From Dipteris shenzhenensis (lineage: Eukaryota), in assembly GCA_047967505.1 (NCBI GenBank), contig CM106538.1: a DNA stretch of 64,000 nucleotides; one strand, 5' to 3'. Below the pieces are notes generated by a model. The model was not told the origin of the DNA, ran no database searches, and saw only the letters and a program-made list of their open reading frames with translations. Below, piece by piece: positions 23,190-35,300 of the stretch; position 1 is the first letter of the stretch, and every line of letters starts with the position of its first letter. Position numbers and translations under genes: made by a program.

Positions 23190-26100
23190 TTGTTTGCAAC
23201 TTTAGTTGATGTAGAGAGATCATGCAAATGTAAGATTTGCAAGTGATCCCATAAATATTACAAGTGGTTAGTGCACTAGGATCACGTCTTTGCCATAGAT
23301 AGTTTACACCAACCCATGCGCATGATAAATCGAATGACTTGCAAAGGTGTGTAAAGATTATTGAATGAGTGAAAAGCTTCTCTATGGAGATGCAAGCATT
23401 ACGAAGGGAAAACCACTCACAAGGAATCCAACCCGGGTCTGTACCATGGCAGGGTACTATTCTACCACTAGACCACTAGTGCTGTATGATGGGAAAAATG
23501 TATTATCTTTAGATTTGTACTTTAAAGCCTTATTGGCTATTTTGTTGAAGCATTGTATGTATCTAAAGTCTTGTGAATTATTTTTCATGTAGGATTTTCA
23601 ATTATTATGGAGCACTCAGCACACTCAAGAGATTAGAGCTTTTGTCTCTAGCACCACCTTACATTTCAATGGGAAGAGTATGCCTCTAATAAGTTTGAAG
23701 GGAAGTGGACTCAGATGCACATGGGAAGAAAATTTTGGTTTCTCATTCAAAGAAAAACTAAGCTACATCTTATGATGTCGAGGAAAGATATGGAGCAAAA
23801 TGAGGAGCCATAGAATGCAAGCTTCTCTAAGAAACATATAACTTCTAGCATGGTTGTGGGAATCATGATGGAACCAAAGAGACCGTACTAAGATATTTTT
23901 GTGAAGTGTTCACAACCTAATATTAGGGGCTATAATTTTATCTTATCAAGAGGTCTAAATAGGTTCACAATGTCACCTCCTCCACCATCGAACTTTACAA
24001 AATTACAAACTCCTCTTCAAGCTCTATGGATGAATGGAGTATACTTTCGAGTGTAGAGGCAAGTAGGTTGTGTCAAAAGATTATGGTTGAGTACTTTAAG
24101 ACATCATCGCTCAAGATAGACCATGAATTCATTCAAGACCAGGGAGGGCACAAGCAGGATGAGAGGGATGCTAGTTTTGTTCAAAAACAGAGAGGGCACG
24201 AGAAGGATCAGAAAGTTTAGAACAAAGAGGACACAAGCAAGATGAGAGAGCTGCTAGTTTGGCTCAGAAGCAGCCTAGACAAGGAGCCCCACATCAAGGG
24301 TCTGCATGCAAACTCTTTGAGATAGAAATAGAAGCAAATGTTGCATTCGAACATAAAAATGAAGAAGAAACACAACCGTTGCATACTAAAGAAATACAAA
24401 AGATAGAAGAAGAGGAAGGATGAGCCATGGCCACGTTGGTCCAACCTATCAAAGGAAAAGAAAAACACAAAATATAAAAGATTAATACTACAAGGGCCAC
24501 AGTTCCAAAGGCTACTTTCAAAAAAAGACAACGTTCCTCCGTTGAGAAACTACAGTTAAAAGATAAAGAGGATAGGATTCTACTTTCAAAAAAGGACAAT
24601 GTTCCTCCGCTCAAAAACTACAGGTACAAGAGAAAGAGGAGGACAGAGAAAATAAAGAGGAAGAAGAGTCAGATCAAAAGGTTGAGGAAGATCAAGACGA
24701 GCTCATATCAATAAAGAATCTCAATCTGCGTCTTAATGAGACGATCACAAAAGATGATGTCGGGGGATAAAAGCCCTATGCTATGAATGCTCGAGATGTG
24801 GCGTCAGCAACTATTTTTACCAACAATAGGAATCTTGATATAGTTTTATCCGAGTGATTGGCAACCTAATATAGCAAGGGCATATCAATATCACCTATGC
24901 CTATGGTGGTTGGACTTTGATGAGAACACGTATCCATAGAAGGAGGGAGAGCTATGGAAGAGTAAGGTATGTCTTGTGCTCATTTCTTCACTGCATTACA
25001 AGCATGCTATCATCTTATAAATATTATGCACATATTAGAATAGGGATTCCTCTAAGGAATCTAAGAAAAGTGTATAGAGTTGGAAGTGGAGCTAAAGCCT
25101 TCAGGAAATATCTACACCAAAAGGCACTGGGGATGATGAACGGGTAAAAACCATAGGGAAACATGGGAAGCACAAAGAGGAGGCAAAGAGGAAGAAACAT
25201 AAAGGTAAAAGAGTAGACAATAGTAATGAAGAAGAGTAGTAGAATGAGTTGGAAGAGAGTGAACTGCCATCAGATAGAATCATGCATTCATCAAACAATA
25301 AATAGAAAGCTATAAGAATGGATAGTAGTTTTAAAGAGGAGGAGCAAGACATGTTGAAAGGAGGAGAAGTCTCGTCAGACTCTGAGACCTAGGGGAGTCC
25401 TCCACCCGGTGGGTCATTCAAAGAAATATATATATATATATATTTCTTAGGCAGCCCAAAATGTAATGAGAAATGCGATCAATTATCTATGAAGGAGTGG
25501 TAATGGAAGAAGCCCATAATGATGTAGTTGTAATACTATATGATCCAACAATGGTTATTATCCGTTAGTGTCATTATAGATTTGGAAATTTGCCCCCTTG
25601 TGATGTTTACTAATTATTCTATCTATAGAATCTTTCATGGGGATGGGTGCAATTCTTGGTTTTCATATAATAGATACAATCCTTTGCTTGGAGATTTGCT
25701 CAATATACGGGTCCCATTTAGGTCAAGGGTTGTTCCTAGGAATAGACTTTCTTCACTATATGGTGGCTATACTTTTGTTAATGTTATGGCTAAGTATTTT
25801 TCTAATTTAAATTATTGTTTGAGGACATTCATCCATGACATGTGGTGGTGGATGAAAGTATTGTTCTTGTGGCAAACATAGTTCTTGGCGCGGAAGCGAG
25901 TTTGTAACTTAATTTGCACAAGGATCATTGCAAAGAGTCATGTAGGAATTCAGAAGAGTTGAAATTTAAACTTTGTGATACTTTATAGGAGGGGACAAAA
26001 AATTATCAACATTTGTTATAGGGATAGAGAAGCATGGGAACATTGTCAATTTCACATTTACAATGTAGGGCGACATGCTAGTATGGGCAAACTTCCCTAC

Positions 26101-27815
26101 TTCAATGTTTGCAGACTAAGGCTATCCCATTTTCCATTGGTCAAGCTTCAAAGGTTTTAAAAAATCAAGTTATGGTGGTACAGATGCCCATCTACTCATA
26201 GGTGGCTCTATACGTAGTCGACCTAGTAATACTGGTGTGTTATATATGCAAGACTATGGATATTTGAGGTACTTTGTAGGTAGATTGGTTTCACCCATGA
26301 CTAATATCCTTCTTAGTGAGCATGGCATGGAGTTACTTGATCAGATAATGGGTAGTGACCCCAACTCGCTACAAGGTCAAGCTAAGAGCCCTTGATCTCT
26401 TCAAGGCAAGGACCCGTAAACTTTGACTCTCAAAAATTGTGTTCATTGTGGATATGGATCTTTCTAAAAAATGTTGCATACAAGTGGTTGCTGGAACCTT
26501 AACCATCGGGGGAACCTAGTGAAAGACTACTTTGCAAGAAGTGGCAACATGGCCAAGGCATGCAAGTAGATGTTGTGGCATTGTACAAGCATTAAGAATG
26601 ATATGTAGGGCCTCCATGATCAATTAGTAGAGCTACAAGACTACCCACAAACATGCATGCTTGTGCTTTCATCCCGAAGAAGATACAAGTGTTGCAAAGG
26701 AAGGAGGAGATGAAGCAACACCACAATGGTTTATACTAGTCCCTATTATTCCTACTTAACCATATATGCACCCCAAACTTATTTGCATTAGTCATATTTG
26801 ACCCCATTCATAGCCCAGGACCTCTACCGCCTATTCGTCTATAGTTTATCCACCACAAACATGTGGTGCACCCGTTATTTACTAGCCTTGACCTCCTATT
26901 ATGCCATTCAAGTCATATGGTTAGCTATGGACCAAGAACCAAAATCCTCTTCTGCTATAGTTACTTGACTTTGTAATATGCATGATAGGTTGTAATGTAA
27001 TAGATCCACTTTGAGGGGCCTTGTTAATATTGGGAATTTCCCTTGACTACTAACAAGTTGTGCAAGACAATTATTGTGTATATTTGTTAGCATTGCATGC
27101 ATGTAAGAGAAAGAGGGGTGCATGTCCTTATTTAATCATTTTGCATGATTGAGGCTATGCAGAAGGAAAATGTCACCTTATTTAAGGTTATGTTGATGCT
27201 TCTTCATGTAGAGATGAGTTTGCATGAAAAGGTCATGATCATCCTGTTATCCAAAGGAGTGGGTATGTTTTGGGTGTTATTATTCCAAGTTGTAGGGGTT
27301 ATATAGATGTTTTGCACCATCCATGAGTGTTAAACTACACGGGATCGCACATTCGGATGATTTCATGCATGAAGAGGAAGGGGGGTGGATAATATCTTCC
27401 TCAGGGCAAGTGGGTGCTATTATTTTGAGTTGCAGGGGTTATATAGATGTCTCACATCATCCATGAATGTTAAGCTGTATGGGATGAATGTAAAGAGTAG
27501 AGAGAGATACAAAGAAAAAACTACTCGTCTTTTTGGAAAATCTACATGCCATTTTGGGGAATTCGATTGCCGACATGTGCTCACCAAAAAACATTCCCAT
27601 TGGTGGGGCCATTGCAAATAGAGGAATTCTAATGAGCAAGAAGATAAAAGCAATGTTCCCTAACCCCCAATATGCAAAGCCTAAAGAGGACTCGTCAAGA
27701 ACAATAAATCCAACAAGAATAATACTAAACTGAAATATAAGAACTAGCTGTATGCATGTTAAAGTGGTATAAATAGTTGTGTCCCCAACATGACTATTCA
27801 ACGACTAAGTAGGGG

Positions 27816-27971
27816 GTGCAAAGGATAAGGTTATGATAAATTTAAAAAGGACAACGGAATCATAGTTATGTGCACATAAAGACGTTATGGGCCGGCTGGT
27901 GCAAAGGATAAGGTTATGATAAATTTAAAAAGGACAAAGGAATCATAGTTATGTGCACATTAAGACGTTAT
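27816..27971. repeat. Two about 73-bp direct repeats
   Basis: GTGCAAAGGATAAGGTTATGATAAATTTAAAAAGGACAA...AAGACGTTAT at 27816 and 27899. Confidence 0.92.
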
Positions 27972-28012
27972 CCTTCATGCTTGATTGTTTTTTAGGCATC
28001 TTGCTCATTTGA

Positions 28013-28240
28013 ATGTGTGTGTGTGTGTGTTTTCTATTTATTGGAGTATTGCTCAATTGTATCTCTCCCCCCCCCTCCCATGGACCTTCACAAGAAGTTG
28101 GCAAGAGGCAAGTTCTCCTATGGCTTGTATCACGCTTTGTGTGTGTGTGTGTGTGTTGTTCTATTTCTTGGAGTATTGCTCATTCATATCTCTCTCCCCC
28201 CCTCCCAGAGACCTTCACCAGAATTTGGCAAGAGGCAAGT

Positions 28241-28317
<77 letters not shown>

Positions 28318-28463
28318 TTACTATTCTCCATTTTCTTTTGCATCCATTTAATTTCTTAATTTTGCCTTTTCCTATTTTTCCTTATTCCTTTTCCTTCTAT
28401 CTCACAAACACTCCCTAGTTTTTCCCGTTTCCTCCTGAATTATTTTCAATTTCTTTCTTAAAG

Positions 28464-28518
<55 letters not shown>

Positions 28519-28520
28519 CC
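28013..28520. repeat. Microsatellite cluster (TG)n, (TC)n, (CA)n with an about 125-bp duplicated unit
   Basis: Two copies of (TG)n-TTCTATTT.TTGGAGTATTGCTCA...TTGGCAAGAGGCAAGTTCTCCT followed by (TC)n and (CA)n runs. Confidence 0.9.
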
Positions 28521-28703
28521 CCCCGCATCTTTAACCAATTTTCTCCTATTTTCCTCCCTATTTTTTACTCTTCCTTCCCCATAATTTTCCCTAATTTCAC
28601 TTGATTTCCCCCCAATTATTTTATTAAAAATTTAAACTATCTTTTTAAATCCTTTTTCCTTTTTTTCAAATTCTCTCTAAGCCTCTTTTTTTAAACCTTT
28701 AAA

Positions 28704-29749
28704 GTCTACATCGAGCTATTTAAGTACGTGTTTAAGCTACTGTCGAAGATAGTTCCAAAGAATGAGTACACGTTGGTCATTGCAGACATACCATACGGAT
28801 TTAATGTTCCTGGATCCACCTTTGATGGGGTCCCTTGCAAAGCAAAGGAACTAATGAGTCTTCTTGACCAGTTCATGTCAATTACGTCGGTAATGCTTTG
28901 GCATGTCATAATTTTTCATTTAGACTTGCAGTTTGAGGCATGTCATCAATGATAAATGTGCTGGGCGTGACCACCTTTATTGGTGAGTGCAACAATGAAA
29001 TGCATTGATTTTTTTGGGTCAATTATTATTGTTATAATTGTGTTTTCTTTTGATAAATTTATAACTTATTTTTGTTGCATGTCATAGGATGAAACCCAAT
29101 GTGAGACAAATGAAAGGACATCGATTCACATCTGCTACAGAAAACATTTCAGTTGGGTATTGGTCTGTGGATGGAAAAAAAATATTGGTCACATCAATTT
29201 TCCCTCCTCTACTCCATTTACTCTTGATAATTTCATTATTCCAGCTATGAGACGAAGAAGCTCAGGCATGTGACCATGGATAAGAATGGGGAGATAGTAA
29301 ATCCTTATAAAAAACCACTACTCCTAATTAATCAGCTCATAGATTTGTTTTCAAATGAGCATGAGTGGGTACTCGATCTATTTGTTGGTTCATGCACAAT
29401 CACAACATGTGCCTTGAAAAAGGGTCGAAATGTAATTGTAGTTGAAAAAGATCATATTCAATGTGATTACATAAAGAAGAGAGTGACTGCTTATCATCAC
29501 TTGCTTGATGAGCATCAGGAGCTTAGTTTTAAAGGTGGGGAGTTTGATGCAGATTCGGCGGTAGTTTCATCACAGGAACCCCAACCTCCTGAGATATTGA
29601 AACTTGGTTTTATAGAGGCAGGTGAGCTAGCTGATACATGGGAGAAGGAGGTTGTGAAAGAGAAAGTGATTGAGAAACCCATACAAGAAACCCAGACTAG
29701 GGAGGGTGATGAAGATGAGGTAGATGACACATATGGGAGAATTGAGTAG
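28704..29749 (+). pseudogene. Beta-class amino-DNA methyltransferase (N6-adenine/N4-cytosine, N6_N4_Mtase-like), intron-containing and frameshifted
   Basis: Catalytic motif IV-like LVIADIPYG; LYW|MKPN across GT-AG intron 28983-29087; FTSATENISV; NPYKKPLLLINQLIDLFS..HEWVLDLFVGSCT...ALKKGRNVIVVEKD (motifs X/I/II). Catalytic motif precedes the SAM-binding motif, which is beta order. Frameshifts near 28940, 29180 and 29230. Confidence 0.85.
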
Positions 29750-30068
29750 ACTCTAGTTATGGGATTGTATTTCCAGTTTTTTGTATTTGAATGGTTTCAA
29801 TAGACAATCTTAAGACATTTTAGAATCCATATGCCTTGAATGTTTTGAACATTTAGTTATTCCCATTAATTTGTTGTTGGGGATGGTTATGAAGATGATA
29901 TAGATGACACATATGGGAGAATTGAGTAGACTCCAACTATGGAATTATATTGACAATTTTGTGATTTTGAATTGTTTCAATAAACAAGTGTTCTTAAGAC
30001 ATTTGAGAATCCATATGCCTTGAATGTTTTGAAGAAGGAGGCATTTACTTTTTCCCATTAATTTGATG
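29707..30068. repeat. About 180-bp tandem duplication of the methyltransferase stop codon and 3' UTR
   Basis: GATGACACATATGGGAGAATTGAGTAGACTC and AGAATCCATATGCCTTGAATGTTTTGAA each occur twice, about 180 bp apart. Confidence 0.92.
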
Positions 30069-30415
30069 ATATTTTTTTATTCTTTCAGTACTTTATGTGT
30101 ACTACAAAGTTTAACTTAAGAATTTTGATAAGATTATGTTACTACATGTAGGATTGAAAGTTGTATCATGTAGTTTTTCTATTGAAAATAAAAGGTCAAA
30201 GGAAGGAAAAAAATTACAGACTTCTTGATTTTTCTAAATACATTGATATTGTCCTATGTAATCAAGGTCCATCATAATTTGCGGGCATTATGTACCAAAA
30301 TTGATAGGATTTTAAATGTTTTGGAAAATTCACTATGCAAAATATGATCTTTTTTTGAAAAAGTTATAATTTTAATGAATTTTTGAGGGTATCTTAAAAC
30401 GGGTACCAATATTAC

Positions 30416-33400
30416 ATACGTGAATTAGATGTTACACTGTTAACCAATAAACGGATTGTATAATGCTTGCACCAATAGTCACAACAACATCTTGGAGCAT
30501 TCCTTTTAGTTCTACTAGATGTTGATCTACCATACAAATTTGGCTTAAAGTGTGTAAACTTAGGCCGTTGAGCACCCGCTTCAGAGATGATGTTGACTCC
30601 CAATCAACCATCAATGATTACTCCATAAACATTTTGTTCTTTATTTTAACTATGATAATGGGTACTTCATCATCTCCTATCGGAGTATCAATGACTGGAA
30701 TGGCCACCAAGGAATCAACATCCTTGGTTGGCTTTTCATCTACTTGGAGATGTTATATAAAGAGTTCCTCGTAATATGGAGCAATTTTAACAATTCAGCA
30801 ACTGTTAAACTAACCTTCATGTTGTTGAAGGTTACTCAAGCCTTCATCATTTCTGGTGTAGAAGATTTAGCAACATTGGTCTCTTGTACTAGTTCATTAG
30901 TAGAGGCTTTTGGCTCAATTGATTGTGGAAGTGTACTCGGCTCGATTGGCAAATCAATACCAGGTTCTTTCCCTTTTAATTCCTTTTCTAACTTGGTAGC
31001 CAAAGTTTTCTGAAACTTTCATTCTAAATCTCCTTCTAAGGATGGATCTTCCTTGGTGTTGCTAACAAGACCTTTAGACCGCATAACTACCTTGGTACCT
31101 ATCAAGTCCATGACCTCAATGAGTATAGCCTAGCAACATTTTAAGATGTTCTTGACATAAGGAACATTCAGCCTTGGTATGGTTACCATCACAAAAGTAG
31201 CACCAAACCGGTCCTTTTCCCTTATTCTTATTCTTCTCTATGTTGGTGCTTTGCCACTCGTTGTGGGCTTTTCCCATTCTTTGGCTTGTCAATAGTTCAC
31301 ACCTGGTTAAAATCAACAGTTTACTTCTTAGCATACCATTTTGTTTGACATTCATTCTCATCGTGCCCTTTTTTTGGAACATTTATTGTCTCAAAAGCCC
31401 TTTTCTTTCAAAACCTTCCTAAGCAAGGACTTTAGCGTGTCCTACTTCAATGATGGCCTCATCATCACTTGTACTCTTTCTTTCCTTGATTTTTGACTTG
31501 GCCCATCACTCTTTTCAGGGACACTGCCTGGTTCAGTAGATCCTCATAGGTCTTGGTCAAATTGACTATTTCTGGTGGTCGTATATATCCACCTGGGTAC
31601 AACTGGTCAAAAGCTAAGCACAACTTGTCAAAAGCACACAATGACTTATCATTTGGAGGCGTGCATAGTTGGTTCGTAAGAGCTCACATCCTTGAGACAA
31701 AATCTTAAATGGATTCACCCACTTTCTATTTGAGCTCACTAAGCTTGGTTTGAACATCTTCTTCATTGATTTTCTATATCAAGCACTTCAGTCATATGTT
31801 CCCAATCCCTAAAATAACCAATAGGGAATTGATTGTACCACCTTTGCATTTTTCACCAAGGTGCAAGGGAAGTAATGCATATACTCCTTTGGTCTTTGCA
31901 CCTGATGTGATAGACCCACAGGAAAAATTTTAGATGGTTGTATGAATCTTCATCTTCGTTACCTTTGAAATCCTAGAATTTCACCTTGATTAGCATAGCT
32001 ATCTTTGGCTTGGTGGCTTCTACCTTGGATTCCACTTGGTGTTTCTCATTATGGAAGTGTCAACACCCACCATATCAGCAAGTGTGAGCATGCACATGTG
32101 TCCATCAACCTCGTTCACCTTTTTTTTTTGACTCCAATGGCTCTTGCTTGGCCTAGCTCTACAAAGTTGAAGATGCATGGCTTGCTACCCAGTCCCTTGG
32201 CAATGGATAAGGATCACTAGGTACATGCCATATTGATACCATATTTTGTGGTATGCCATGGCACATTCATGATTGTTTGACCTACTTCCTCGTCTAAACC
32301 CCGGTCTTGTCCTTGGTTTCATTCCTGCCATTCTTGCTCCATTTCTATCCCTATCTCATGGGTAGGTTTTCTTTGTTTTTGTCAACCAAAAGCACACCTT
32401 GCTTATGTACCCGATATATGTCCTTCCTTCTAAGATGCATGATTCAGCTTTGGGACTAGCTCGTTGTCTTCTTTAGGGGCCATACTCTTAGTGGACGATT
32501 ACTCAGATTCCTCCAACCATTGCCTGATGGGTACTTCTCAATTGAAGTCTCTAGATCAAGTTGGATGCCTTTGTGGAGCTCGCTCACTCCTCATTTTGGT
32601 ACAGTAAAAAAAGGCTGACACTCTCTACCTCTCGCTAGGTTTTCTTCTTCCACGGGCTCTCTGCTACACCCTCTTGGCTTTGATAACCACCCATTGCTAG
32701 ATTAGAACTCATTGTAGCTTCCCTATCTTGCCCTTGCCAATTTCTTTGTCCTTGGTGCAGGTGTTCTTATTGCTTGGCTGCATATCTTTGTCTTCTCTCT
32801 GAGTGCATCTCAAACATCTTTAGAAGCTTGAATAATATGAAGGGTGACCTGTGTGTACTCCTCGTTCCAGACTCGAGTCAATAAATAGGTCTATAAGTTT
32901 CTGAATGCAACAGATGACACTCAAAGGAATCTTTTAAATAGTGTGTGTGACCAAGCAGCTATTGCAACTCATCACTTATCAAGATAAACCATTGCTTGGA
33001 TTGGTGTGTGCTCTTGTATCTATCTTGAACTCACTCCACTCAATTCCGCACTCAAATCTTAGCATGATGGTCCCCAGCAAGATTGCCAAATGTTGCCGCT
33101 TCGGTTTTGCTCACCATTTGGAACTGGTGACCTAGTGCCTGATGACCAGTGTATGTTTAATGCTTGGTAGAACTGACTTATTCCTTAGCTCAAGGCAGAG
33201 CACTAACTCATAATAAGATGACTCACCACTCACAAGACACAATAGCAAGAGGTGCCTTCTACCAGGTGGTTCTACCAACTGCATTATTTTTCCCTAGTTG
33301 TGAACCTCTCTGAACTGCTATCTCCTATTGGACATATTTCTTGGTGACCTATACCTATACTTGCCACTAAAAATCTCTTCTCTTGGATGCATGTGTCGCC

Positions 33401-33500
33401 TAGGGGGTTGTTGGTCAACTAGGGTGCCTGGTTAATGCTACTTGGATCAAGTTTCGAGTTAACTTGAGGTCAACAAATAACTTAAACTATCATTCACTTG
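30416..33500 (-). mobile_element. Athila-like Gypsy element 5' portion (LTR end at 33091, PBS, gag, protease), truncated at 30416
   Basis: Minus strand ...GCGGCAACA|TTTGGCAATCTTGCTGGGGAC resembles the Athila tRNA-Asp-type PBS. Knuckle WCYFCDGNHTKAEC (31170-31210) and a frameshifted protease motif DG..GVNIISE (about 30580-30615). The right boundary is uncertain. Confidence 0.7.
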
Positions 33501-34444
33501 CTTGTGAGGTAGGGTAGGAGCATTAAAGTGCTTGCCTCCATATCATGTACAGTGGAATTTGGCATGTCTTTCTCAATGTCAACATCTATAAAGATATGTG
33601 GCCTCCTTGGTGCTACTTGAATCACATACCATCATTTTGCATCCAAGTGATCTCATTGAAAAATAAAATGAGATTAGCTTACTAGGTGCATCAAAAACCG
33701 AAATATCTATGATCCTAACTATCAATTTAGAATAGTATGAACTGTACCTATTCACATTGGTGAGGTAGCACAAATGTATCCATGTGGGATTCCCAAATTT
33801 TGGTTGTCACTAGTAAAAAAAGCCAGTAAATCTTTTCTCACGGTTGCTTGGGCCCCTCTACACTCAACTTTGAACCATTTCACATCCAATATACACTTGT
33901 CAAATTGTCAAATCAAAATCTAGGGCTAGCAATAATATAAGAACTCTCCATCATAAAAATCCTTAGCCCTTCATCAATGTGTCTAGGGAGGGTCCAGGGT
34001 ATCCATACATCACAACTAAAATAGGGAAGGTATGTGCATGCCATCCAAGCTGATGGTTAGAGATGTTTGGGGAGCTGATGGAGGATACAAAGACTATGCA
34101 CAAGTGGAGGCATTTGAATTATATCCAGTGCAACAAGATGGCTTTGTACAAGCAAGTAGACAAGATGGGGATCACATTGATACGGGGGGGCTAAAATGGG
34201 GTTTTTTGTAGGAGGCATGGCGATGATGAAGAGGTGAAAAGAGTGGGTGAGTAGTGGAATGAGGGGGAACGAGTGAGTGAATAAGAGTTGGAAGGAGGGA
34301 GCATGGAGCAAAGTAGCCAAATTGCAGAGCAGGGGAGAGGATCAGCTGATCAGAGCTAGAAGTGGGGAGTGTGCAGCAAAGTAGCCAATTATAATTCTCC
34401 ATGTTTGTGACCACAGTTTAAATAGTAACAATGGCACTCTACTC

Positions 34445-35300
34445 AATCATCCATATAATAATGAGCCATCTATAATTAATCGAAATTTGAGACACCAATT
34501 AATCGCTCATGGGCCACCACGGTGACTACAACAGTAACTACTCATATGCAAGCCTGATGGTGCCATCCAAATAATCATGAGCCATCTTCAATTTATCAAA
34601 TTTTGAGCCGCTAATTAATCACATGCCTGGCCATCAGGCAATGCTTCATTTTGCAATCTTCAAAGGCCTTCTTTGCCATGCCAAGATTCATCGAAAGGCA
34701 TCAAAAAATTTTGGGCTTCAAAATAAGGTCACCATTTCTAAAATTTTCAAGGCTTGAGTAAGATTTGGCCTTCTCATCAAAGGTGAGGGCACCTGGGTGA
34801 TTGGTAATTAACTACACTAGATTGCTTATTTTGCCCCAAAAATAATCGCATGCAAGCCCATCCAGTTGTAGAATCATGAGCCCCTATTTAACCCCATGTA
34901 ATCAACTGCACTTAAAATAATAAAAAAATGTCACTTCCCAATGGGACATAAAATTGCATGCATGCAAGCCCATGAAGGAGCATCCATGCTAATGAATTGC
35001 ATGCAAGCCTGGTGGTGCCGTACAAATAATCATGAAGAAACTACCATGTCGATGACTAGTAATTAACTAGTCCTTAATTGTATGCAAGCCTCGTGGTGCC
35101 ATCCAAAGAATCATGAGCCGCATTCAGTTAATAAAAAATTTGAGCCGCCAAAAAATCACATGCCACCCATCCAAAGAATCATGAAGAAGCCACCATGCTT
35201 AACATGGGCTACCAAGTGGCTAGTAATTAATTTCAATCTACATAATTGCATGCAAGCCAAATAATTATGAGCCACATTCAATCAATCAAAATTCCCGTTG
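34445..35300. repeat. Array of diverged short repeats (AATCATGAGCC, CATGCAAGCC, TAATTAA), probably a TE subterminal or LTR region
   Basis: These motifs recur many times; longer blocks at 34562-34630 and 35100-35165 align. Confidence 0.7.

Noticed and set aside
23700-26700. Glu/Lys-rich coding-like region and a weak CCHC-like motif
   Set aside because: Too many stops to assign; probably decayed retroelement ORFs. The TGTAAT at 25462 has no TSD matching the 30415 end.
27985-28418. Three ORFs over 100 aa
   Set aside because: Translations of (TG)n/(TC)n/(CA)n microsatellites.
28704-29749. Bacterial contamination as the source of the methylase
   Set aside because: It has a phase-correct spliceosomal intron and is embedded continuously in plant TE sequence.
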